Notes under the pieces: generated by a model | Database searches by the model: none | Told to the model about the DNA's origin: nothing | What the model saw: the letters and a program-made list of their open reading frames with translations, nothing else | Translations under genes and position numbers: made by a program | Shown here: positions 17,491 through 24,621 of the stretch, piece by piece | Layout: the number at the start of each line of letters is the position of its first letter | Position numbering within the stretch: position 1 is the first letter of the stretch | Virus record (IMG/VR): IMGVR_UViG_3300001199_000001 | Coordinates: 197,404-261,403 of that record | Origin: a virus | Lineage: Duplodnaviria > Heunggongvirae > Uroviricota > Caudoviricetes | DNA: 64,000 nt | Direction: 5' to 3' (one strand)

Positions 17491-17745
17491 CTAGAGCGCC
17501 GTGACCTTCGTCTTCCAGCGCTCAAAGACCCCTGCCGATACCTGAACACAGGCGTAGACATCCTCTTCGGTACGGCCATAGACAATGCGTCCGCCCACGT
17601 CGGCGCGGAACTTAGCGTCAGCCTCGACCCCTCCCAGCAAGGCAAGCGCTTCTGCGCGCTTTTGGCCTTCAGGAAGGTTGTTGATGAGGCGTAGAATCTC
17701 GTATGAAATTCTACCAACCTGTGTACCGCGAAAGGCTTGATTCAC
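17491..17745 (-). CDS. Hypothetical protein
   Basis: GTG start after AAGGAG, promoter at ~17765-17792. Confidence 0.65.
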   Translation of the reverse strand: MNQAFRGTQVGRISYEILRLINNLPEGQKRAEALALLGGVEADAKFRADVGGRIVYGRTEEDVYACVQVSAGVFERWKTKVTAL

Positions 17746-17798
17746 TTGTATCTCCTTGGATTGAAGGTACCAAGACCTTCGCGGTATGTCAACAGGGT

Positions 17799-18344
17799 TT
17801 AACCAGCTTTCTTGAGCTTCGGCGGCTTGGCGGGCTTCACCGACTCGTCGACGAGATAGTAGTGTGCGACCGGTTGGCTGACCAAGTTGAGGTAGACGGT
17901 CTCAATCGGATAGCCGCGCAGCTTCAAATAACTAACCGCCGCACGGACCTGAGCCGAGTTAAGACCAAGCTTCTTGCCGATCTGCGGCGATGAAGCGGGT
18001 TTCCCGGTCAAGGCCCGCAGAACACGAGCGTTGTCGCTATCGGCGCGGATCGGCTTGGGCTCATCGCTCGCGCGCGACCGCCACTTCTCAGATACGCGAG
18101 AATGTGCTTTGACTTCGTCTATGGGCTTGCCGGTGAGTCTGTGCTCATGGTAAGCATAACCACCGTTCTCCGGTAGCACCCGACGTGACTCGACGTGATT
18201 TGACTTGCGTAGCTGTAGCAAGGCCACGGCGATCTGCGGCGTGGTCAGGCCGGTCGATTGGCGAAGCGCTTCTGTCGACTGAAAGTCAGTCGTAAGGCCT
18301 TCGATGATCTTTTCGCGGTTACCGCGATACTCGTGTACGGGCAC
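17799..18344 (-). CDS. Tandem winged-helix DNA-binding protein
   Basis: Two HTH-like units (LRQSTGLTTPQIAVALLQL; IGKKLGLNSAQVRAAVSYLKLRGYPI). Confidence 0.7.
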   Translation of the reverse strand: MPVHEYRGNREKIIEGLTTDFQSTEALRQSTGLTTPQIAVALLQLRKSNHVESRRVLPENGGYAYHEHRLTGKPIDEVKAHSRVSEKWRSRASDEPKPIRADSDNARVLRALTGKPASSPQIGKKLGLNSAQVRAAVSYLKLRGYPIETVYLNLVSQPVAHYYLVDESVKPAKPPKLKKAG

Positions 18345-18460
18345 TTTAGTCCTTCCTAATTTCTCCCCGATAAGGGACCTGTTGCAAAGGTATAGACAAA
18401 TATCCAGTTTGTCAACACCTTTGTCCTTAATTTATTATGATCCGTTGTGGATAAATTCTA

Positions 18461-18673
18461 TCACTCTCGCAAAGCGTAATGGGCCGACTGAACACGTCCC
18501 TTGTAGGTCATGATACGGTAGGACGTGTTCAGATTGTTGGCCCGCAATAGCTGCTGAATGATGCCGCCGACCACGCTTTCGCTAAGGCCTGTCTTATCGG
18601 CAAGCTCCAACTTGGTGATGCCGTCCTTATGCTGCTCCATAAGACTGACGATAGCTTCGCGGTTCTGGCTCAA
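18461..18673 (-). CDS. Small HTH protein
   Basis: GITKLELADKTGLSESVVGGII. Confidence 0.65.
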   Translation of the reverse strand: MSQNREAIVSLMEQHKDGITKLELADKTGLSESVVGGIIQQLLRANNLNTSYRIMTYKGRVQSAHYALRE

Positions 18674-18685
18674 GATCGTTCCTCG

Positions 18686-18943
18686 CTAATGTTCTCTGAC
18701 GAGCATGTCGGAGTCGTCCCAATGAAAGCCCCGTATGTCGTTCACGAAGTGTTCCAATGTCGAGGATGCCATGATCGGTATACGGAATTCCTGCGACAGG
18801 CCCATAGCGTGATCGACCGCGTCGGAGAAATCCTTCACAGGGTCGTTGGTGGCGAAGCGTCTATCAAACGGACCGGGTCCCTGGACGCGGACGGCCTTGT
18901 ATTTTTGGCCATACTGAATGCTGAGCGTAATTACAGCGTGCAT
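18686..18943 (-). CDS. Hypothetical protein
   Basis: ATG 18943 coupled to upstream TAA. Confidence 0.6.
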   Translation of the reverse strand: MHAVITLSIQYGQKYKAVRVQGPGPFDRRFATNDPVKDFSDAVDHAMGLSQEFRIPIMASSTLEHFVNDIRGFHWDDSDMLVREH

Positions 18944-19626
18944 TAAAAGCTCCCGCTGCGGGCGTGGCGATGACGACACTTGATCTGCGCGCCTTTGTTG
19001 GCCTCTTCCTTGACACAGTACTTGAGGGCCGCCTGCGGGTTCTTCAACACCAGACCTTCATCGGCTGCGTTGTCCCGGACGGAATTGAACAGGCTTTTGA
19101 AACCGTCCATGAAATTGGCGAGGATGAAGGTATGGTCGTTGACCTTCAGTGAATCCTCAGTCTCGCCGATAATCGGGAAAGCATCCGTCAATCGGTCGTA
19201 GCGTTCCGCGTACACGGAACCGATCAGATAGGCTCCGTCGGCCACCAAACAGTCATGGAGGTAGTTGGTATCCTTAGGCCCGCCTTCGACCTTGGAGTGC
19301 AGTAGTTCGGAAACGAACACCCACCAGCCCTTGCCGGGTAGATTCTGAAACGCCCGCGACGAGGACGCGGTGGGAGCCCACATTGAGTGCGGCTCGCCGT
19401 CTCGTTTTGAGCAATGAAGCACCCGTTCGCCGCTGGCGTTGGGCGGGGCGACGGCGATCACATTGGAGGTGCCATTCTTCTTGACCTGCGCCACCCAGCC
19501 GCGCTTCTCGTAGAAGCCAAGCATGCTCGACGGAATCTTCGCGTCGGTCCCGGCGCGAACCGGATAGAGGAAGCGATAGTCGTCGTACCTCACCGAGGAG
19601 GTTTCAACTTCAAATGCTCGGGTCAC
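18943..19626 (-). CDS. ATP-dependent ligase/capping-enzyme-like nucleotidyltransferase (adenylation domain only)
   Basis: Motif I QVKKNG, III SELL, IIIa YLHD, IV DEGLVLK, V QIKCR; no OB domain. Confidence 0.75.
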   Translation of the reverse strand: MTRAFEVETSSVRYDDYRFLYPVRAGTDAKIPSSMLGFYEKRGWVAQVKKNGTSNVIAVAPPNASGERVLHCSKRDGEPHSMWAPTASSSRAFQNLPGKGWWVFVSELLHSKVEGGPKDTNYLHDCLVADGAYLIGSVYAERYDRLTDAFPIIGETEDSLKVNDHTFILANFMDGFKSLFNSVRDNAADEGLVLKNPQAALKYCVKEEANKGAQIKCRHRHARSGSF

Positions 19627-19827
19627 GTTGCCTCCTCTTCTCTAGCTAGGCGCGCAATCCGCGCGAAGCGAAACGGCTGTTAAAAGAATCCGCCAAACGC
19701 CGGGCTGTATCGCCCGATGGAGTCGGGATCAGTCCGCCGTCCGGATAGCGCACCACCCAGTCGGTGAAGACCGAGCGGCGCACATCCTTGGGCAGGTCGG
19801 CGCGCGGCAGCGCAACGGCCTTGATCA

Positions 19828-20511
19828 TCAGACGGCTACCGTCTCGTCGATCACCGCGTCGAGCAGTTCATCGACCACATCGAGGCAAGCCTCCAGCGAC
19901 TCGGTCGTGTCGACCTTGATCGCCTGAGTGGCGACCAGCGGCAGCAGAGTCTCGATGGTCGCCCGATCTGGCTTGCCGTCGAGCTTGCGCAGCTTGAAGA
20001 TGGCGTCGAGCGTTTCATCGCCCTTGGCGCAGACCTTCTTCTTCGACTGGTGCAGGAAGAGGTCTTCCGGGGCTCCGATCTTGGCGAGGGCCTTTTCGAG
20101 CTTGCCGAACAGCACGGCGTCTTCGGCGTACTTCGGGTTGATCACGAAGGTCTCGGCGATCTCATCGGTGACCAGCAGCGGAATGCCGTGGCGGTTGAGG
20201 ATTTCCTGCGCATCGACGGTCAGCGCCGAAGATAGATTCTTCAGTTGGATCGAAGCTGTGGCTTTGCCTTCAATGGCCTTGAAGTTGGCCGGGCGACCGC
20301 CCTTGCTGATGCCAGCGTTGATGAAGCGCTCCAGCGTGGCTTCCTTGAGACCGTTGCACAGGGTCTCGTGCAGGGTCTTCAGAGCCTTGACCACCGCATC
20401 GGTGGCGCCGAATTCGGCAAGGCCCTTGATCGGGACCATGTCGTCGGACGACGGCTTAGCCCGGCGAGGGGCGGGTTGAGCGATAGTCCGGTCTTTCGAG
20501 AGAAAAGCCAT
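19828..20511 (-). CDS. Hypothetical protein
   Basis: ATG 20511 after GGAGG, own promoter at ~20543-20571; strongly biased codon usage. Confidence 0.75.
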   Translation of the reverse strand: MAFLSKDRTIAQPAPRRAKPSSDDMVPIKGLAEFGATDAVVKALKTLHETLCNGLKEATLERFINAGISKGGRPANFKAIEGKATASIQLKNLSSALTVDAQEILNRHGIPLLVTDEIAETFVINPKYAEDAVLFGKLEKALAKIGAPEDLFLHQSKKKVCAKGDETLDAIFKLRKLDGKPDRATIETLLPLVATQAIKVDTTESLEACLDVVDELLDAVIDETVAV

Positions 20512-20585
20512 CCTGGCCTCCGTTGTTGTCGTCACTATGGAAGAATAGCCCACTGCGCCGTCGGTGTCAACACCCTTAATGCGAT

Positions 20586-20789
20586 TTATCTCCGTGGCGG
20601 CAGGGGCTTCACGTCCTCGACCGCCACCTCGTGATAATAACGTGCTTCCCAGCCCGCTTGCCACTCGTCGAATTTATCCGGAATGCTGTAGTAGGGGTTG
20701 CGGTCCTTGCCTCGTCCAATCGCGAAGAAACCCTCGCGCCAAGGACGCGAGCGAATCTTAATGCGGGTCTTGGTGTCGGTCAGTCCCAT
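20586..20789 (-). CDS. Rmf-like (ribosome modulation factor-like) small protein
   Basis: WREGF.A...G...NPY.......W.AGW pattern. Confidence 0.55.
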   Translation of the reverse strand: MGLTDTKTRIKIRSRPWREGFFAIGRGKDRNPYYSIPDKFDEWQAGWEARYYHEVAVEDVKPLPPRR

Positions 20790-21199
20790 TCCTCCGCACC
20801 CGCTCTCTCGGACGCAGCGAGGTAAAGCGCGATGCGTTGGTTCAGATTGAACGTCGGCCAGATTTTTTGGATGCCTTCGCTGACGTGATTGCGCCAGTCA
20901 TGAACCTTACCGGCTGCGCTCCACTTGGGATCGTCCAGATCGTCCGGGAGATCGTAATCGTCCGGGTCGAGCCGCAAGTCCTTACGCGTGTAACTATGAG
21001 AATCGCGCAGGTCGAGGACCAGCTTCGCAAGACGGATACCAGCGGTGCTGATCGCGGTCGCGTGGCCATGGATAAAAGAATCGACATCGAAACCAGCCGC
21101 AATGATGTGCTGATCGTCGAGCGGTTTGATATCGGAGAGTAAGGTTCCGATCCGTTTGCGGATTGCCTCGATGGTCAGGGCTTCGATTTGGTCGGTCAT
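20780..21199 (-). CDS. Hypothetical protein
   Basis: DPKWSAAGKVHDWRNHV...IW.TF phage-type motif. Confidence 0.65.
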   Translation of the reverse strand: MTDQIEALTIEAIRKRIGTLLSDIKPLDDQHIIAAGFDVDSFIHGHATAISTAGIRLAKLVLDLRDSHSYTRKDLRLDPDDYDLPDDLDDPKWSAAGKVHDWRNHVSEGIQKIWPTFNLNQRIALYLAASERAGAEEWD

Positions 21200-21344
21200 T
21201 TTGTAGTTTCCCGATGTTTCTTGCCCGCCGCCCAGGCTTCGCCGCGTCGCCCGGTATAAGGATTGGGCGACGCGGCGGTAGCTTCATAGCCTTCCGACCA
21301 TGCCGAACGTTCTTGGAACTTTTCCTCGCGGCGTTGGCTAGGAC

Positions 21345-21749
21345 TCACGTCGAAGCCTTCCGCCGCTTGTTGCCTGCGATGTTGCGGGCAACAATCTTGG
21401 CGTGGAAGTGGGTCGGGGCGGGGGCAAGGTAGGTCACCCCCAATTCCTCATCCATCTCGACCAAGTCCTTGGCCATCTTATAGAGCAAGGTCAGTTGCTT
21501 GCCGCGCTCCTTGGCGCCTTTGGCCATCCGCCAGCGGATGACTTGAGCGACGATAGCCGCGCCTTGGGTCTTGCGGTGGTTGTTGAATGCGTAGCGGCAC
21601 TCGTCGTTACAGAACTTGGCGCTGTTGCGGCGGCCTTCACCAATGGTCAGCGAGGCCTTGCACCAACGACAAGCTCCACGCGCCTTCTCGTAGATGGCGG
21701 GCTTGCGGGTGCTGGTCGAGGTTTCTTCACAGATCATATCGAAAGCCAT
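21345..21749 (-). CDS. Zinc-finger-containing hypothetical protein
   Basis: CRWC...KFCNDECR; RBS GGAGG and promoter upstream. Confidence 0.7.
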   Translation of the reverse strand: MAFDMICEETSTSTRKPAIYEKARGACRWCKASLTIGEGRRNSAKFCNDECRYAFNNHRKTQGAAIVAQVIRWRMAKGAKERGKQLTLLYKMAKDLVEMDEELGVTYLAPAPTHFHAKIVARNIAGNKRRKAST

Positions 21750-21820
21750 CCGGCCCTCCCGTTGAATGAATTCATCACTATGATAAGATAGCTGACAAAT
21801 CCCTCGTTGTCAACAGCTTT

Positions 21821-22120
21821 TTAGTAGTCTGGTGAGCCAAAGGCTTGATATTCGTGATCGGCGGCGGCGAGGTCATCCAGGCGATGTTCCATCGCCTCTT
21901 GAACGTACCAATAGTGAACAAGTTCGCGGGGATCGCGCAGGCCGGTGCGGTACGAGTTGGCGTAATCGCGACGGTACTGTGCACTATCGACCGGTTCCAT
22001 CGGCTCGTTAGCGCACTCGTTGGCGCGAGTGATGTCGGCGAGGAAGGCTTCCTCGGTCTTAGCGAGGTCGTAGACGGCGGCGATAGCGCGGGCTTCAGAA
22101 AGGGTGATGGGGTTGTGCAT
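21821..22120 (-). CDS. Hypothetical protein
   Basis: RBS GAGG; tiled ORF. Confidence 0.65.
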   Translation of the reverse strand: MHNPITLSEARAIAAVYDLAKTEEAFLADITRANECANEPMEPVDSAQYRRDYANSYRTGLRDPRELVHYWYVQEAMEHRLDDLAAADHEYQAFGSPDY

Positions 22121-22122
22121 CT

Positions 22123-22455
22123 TTAATCCTCTGCGGCTTCAAGGACGGCGCGGTCAAACCAACCAAGATCGGTGAGTTCGTGATCGACAACTTCGACTAC
22201 TTTCCAGCCGAAGGATTCCCAACGCTGGCTGGACATATGGAAACCGGCGCCGGAGGGGTCAAGGATGGTCGAAAGGCGCACGCGAACGCGTTTGCCGAGC
22301 GAGCCATAGTTGCCGGTTTCTTGCGCATGAAGAAGGGCGTGGATGATATCCGCGTCGACAGGGTAGCTCTGGCTGTAGCGCAGCATGTCGAGCGGAAAGC
22401 CGCCGTAGCGGGAGCCTTCGACATAATAGCCGTAGACGGTGGGACGTTTGGGCAT
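22123..22455 (-). CDS. Hypothetical protein
   Basis: ATG 22455 after GGAGG; FPLDMLRY...RWESFGWKV motif. Confidence 0.7.
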   Translation of the reverse strand: MPKRPTVYGYYVEGSRYGGFPLDMLRYSQSYPVDADIIHALLHAQETGNYGSLGKRVRVRLSTILDPSGAGFHMSSQRWESFGWKVVEVVDHELTDLGWFDRAVLEAAED

Positions 22456-22523
22456 CCGTGTTCCTCCAGTTGATGGGCGGAGAATAGCCCAGCGCGTCAG
22501 CCATGTCAACAGCTAATAATTGG

Positions 22524-22919
22524 TTAGAAGATATTAGCCGTTTTCAGGATGCCGTAGGCCACGGCGATACCCCGAATCTCATTGACTACGATCAGCAGGA
22601 TAACGACGGCTTTGGCGTGCCGGGCGAGAAACCCATAGATCGGCGCGCTGAGCCGATGGCTGCGAAACAGCCCGTCGAGCATCCCCAGTTGTCGGGCGAA
22701 CGGCTTACACAGCAGCTTCAGCGCGCCGACGATCAGCCCGTCGATAAACCTTATCGGAGCCAGGAGTACGCTAGCTAAGCTGGTGACGTAAGCGTGTACA
22801 CGGAAGCGCCTAGACGGATCGTAGGCGGCATTCTCAGAGCGAATGGGGCTCGGCTGCCCGGAACGCGTGGCGCGCTCCTGAGGGCCTTCTAGCGGGTGGC
22901 TTGATGGGGTCGGGTTTAT
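22524..22919 (-). CDS. Putative membrane protein with probable ATA start
   Basis: 132-codon frame after AAGGAG and a near-consensus promoter; in-frame TAA just upstream of RBS; hydrophobic C-terminus. Confidence 0.5.
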   Translation of the reverse strand: MNPTPSSHPLEGPQERATRSGQPSPIRSENAAYDPSRRFRVHAYVTSLASVLLAPIRFIDGLIVGALKLLCKPFARQLGMLDGLFRSHRLSAPIYGFLARHAKAVVILLIVVNEIRGIAVAYGILKTANIF

Positions 22920-22942
22920 AGCAGTATTCTCCTTGGTGATTT

Positions 22943-22970
22943 ATTATAAACCACGTTAGGAGAATGTCAA
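22943..22970 (-). promoter_or_regulatory. Near-consensus sigma70 promoter
   Basis: TTGACA-N16-TATAAT. Confidence 0.85.
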
Positions 22971-23199
22971 CACCATGAATATGGGTCCGGCGAGAGATCA
23001 GCCGTTACCGGTGTGCATGGGAGGGACCTAGGATTCAACACTCAATCCGGTTGCCTAGACGGGACCACCCAAGGCTTTATCCCGCTTTCTCGGCTTATCT
23101 CCCGGCCTAGGAACCCGGTACATCCGCCTGTCTTGTTGCCCATTTGGGCGAATTCGATGTGATGACGCTGCTATAGCCGTGCGCACAGCCTTGCATCAA

Positions 23200-23272
23200 G
23201 TCAGTCGAAGAGGATTCGAACCTCTGGCCTCATCCTCTACGGACGCGCTCTCCCACTGAGCTACCAACCGAC
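23200..23272 (-). ncRNA. Embedded tRNA-like domain without CCA and with 5-nt anticodon loop
   Basis: GTCGGTTGG-TA-GCTC AGTGGGA GAGC-G-CGTCC GTAGA GGATG-AGGCC-AGAGG TTCGAAT CCTCT-TCGACTGAC. Confidence 0.75.
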
Positions 23273-23326
23273 ACGTCATCACACTTTTCGGCCGGACTTT
23301 GCTAGCTCTATCGGGCCTACCTATGC

Positions 23327-23399
23327 GGGACTGCTCTACCCTCTGAGCTACGGTGCAACCTCTCGGCGGCCCGGTGGGGCTCGAACCCACGTCTTTCCC
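23327..23399 (-). ncRNA. Circularly permuted tRNA-like (YrlA-like) module
   Basis: GGGA-AAGAC-GTGGG TTCGAGC CCCAC-CGGGCCG-CC GAGA GG-TTGCACCG-TA-GCTC AGAGGGTA GAGC-AG-TCCC: T arm precedes D arm, acceptor capped by GAGA loop. Confidence 0.75.
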
Positions 23400-23704
23400 T
23401 ACTCGTTGCCCGTTCGGGCGAAACTTTGGGACGATCTACCGGTCCGGCTAGAAACCCCCACGTGTGAGGTAACCAATACCTTCGCGGCGGCGAGGCTAAC
23501 GTCCCTCGAAGCCTTCTACTCGCTTTCCCCGATCTTTCCCGTCCCTTGAAAAGCGCTTTTCGCAGGACGTTCTCACACCGGTTATTCGCCTACACCGTTT
23601 TTGATTCGGTTCGACTTGCCAGCGACCTTTTCAGTGAAGCTGACCAGAAACTTGAACTTACGCCAACGGACCGCCACCCAACCGGACGAATTGCACGTCA
23701 TCGC

Positions 23705-23785
23705 GGCCATGATGCTTCTACCTTTAGACCACCTCCCGGTGCCCGGTTGGTGGGCGGGGATCGAACCCGCTTTACAACGATGGCC
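23705..23785 (-). ncRNA. Circularly permuted tRNA-like (YrlA-like) module
   Basis: GGCCAT...GCGGG TTCGATC CCCGC CCACCA ACCGGGCACCG GGAGG TGGTCTAAAGGTAGAAG...ATGGCC. Confidence 0.65.
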
Positions 23786-24108
23786 CATCTTTGCTGGGCT
23801 GTACTATTCCAAGGCCTTTGGAACGCCTGTAGACGATCCGCTGGCGTAAGTTCAAACTACTTTCCAGAAGGCTCGCGGATGCTCATCCCGCGAATCAACG
23901 CCTTTCGGACTCCCCGCGCTCATAGGGTGTGTACACCACCCTACTCCCGACGGATCGGAGTGTCCGCACTGCGGTATCCACCCACGTCGCCCTAGTCGGC
24001 CGCTCTCTCGTTAACCCCGGCAGAGGTTGTAAGCGTTTGAGCTAGCCTTCTGGAAAACAGTTTTGACTGTCAAAGATCGAGGAGCCCGTTGCCGTTCTCC
24101 ATGGTCTT

Positions 24109-24137
24109 AAGATAGCAAAGGTTGGAGAGGATGTCAA
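24109..24137 (-). promoter_or_regulatory. Sigma70-type promoter of the large ncRNA
   Basis: TTGACA-N17-TATCTT, followed by boxA-like GATCTTTGACAG at 24067-24078. Confidence 0.8.
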
Positions 24138-24161
24138 CAGCTTATTACAACATGTTTTACA

Positions 24162-24268
24162 CCTTAGGAAAGACCGGAGGAGCCGCATTGCTTAGCCAGC
24201 GTCTGCGGCGATCCCGTCACGAGGAGTCTCAGAAGCGTGACCTTCCTACCCTCCGGCCTGTCCTAAGG
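24162..24268 (-). ncRNA. Putative ~107-nt structured small RNA
   Basis: Closing helix CCTTAGGA/TCCTAAGG and CCGGAGG/CCTCCGG, internal GTCACG/CGTGAC and GCCGCA/TGCGGC; TTGACG..TAGCTT upstream; no ORF. Confidence 0.6.
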
Positions 24269-24395
24269 CGGATACAGAAGCTACTCGGCTAATGTCAGCC
24301 GTCAACCATTTATTTTACCGAGCGGCGTTCCGGCGGGGAGCTTATCCGTCAACTCGGCGATGTCTTCGATAGCCTGCGCTCGCTTGATTATCGGT

Positions 24396-24605
24396 TTACT
24401 GAGCGTGGTTGTCATTGGCGCCGTAGCTCCTTTCGATGTAGGCCGTGATACGCGCCTGTTCAGTCTCGGTCCCCTTGATCTGACCAAGCTCCAGACGTAG
24501 TAAGCGCCCACGTGAGGACTCGGTGGGGTCAACGATATTGGCAGAAGCTTCGGCTTGGGTATGACCCCTCCGCAGCCGAGCCAGATGTAGCGGGTTCTGA
24601 TTCAC
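24396..24605 (-). CDS. XRE-type HTH-like protein
   Basis: LHLARLRRGHTQAEAS...RLELG; GTG after AGGAG. Confidence 0.55.
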   Translation of the reverse strand: MNQNPLHLARLRRGHTQAEASANIVDPTESSRGRLLRLELGQIKGTETEQARITAYIERSYGANDNHAQ

Positions 24606-24621
24606 TGAGAAAACTCCTGGG

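Larger units (their letters stand above)
22985..24100 (-). ncRNA. Large (~1.1 kb) ornate non-coding RNA or polycistronic ncRNA precursor with tRNA-mimic domains
   Basis: Promoter at 24109-24137, no credible ORF, long closing helices (24044-24056/23861-23873; 23837-23855/23652-23670; 23274-23283/23158-23167), three TTCGA T-arms with D-arms. Confidence 0.82.

Noticed and set aside
23060-23650. RNase P RNA (GAAGCTGACCAGA at ~23636 plus; AAAGTCCGG minus; CGGCTTAT plus)
   Set aside because: The fragments lie on different strands and in the wrong order; the GAGGAAAGTCC...ACAGAA core is not present.
23196-23995. ORFs 23196-23390, 23546-23995, 23582-23788, 23601-23849 as proteins
   Set aside because: No RBS, atypical composition, and they overlap T-arm/D-arm and long-helix elements; better explained as ncRNA.
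24396-24430. ANDN sequence resembling an alphaproteobacterial tmRNA tag
   Set aside because: It is the C-terminus of a normal HTH-like ORF, lacks the terminal AA, and is not within a tmRNA structure.
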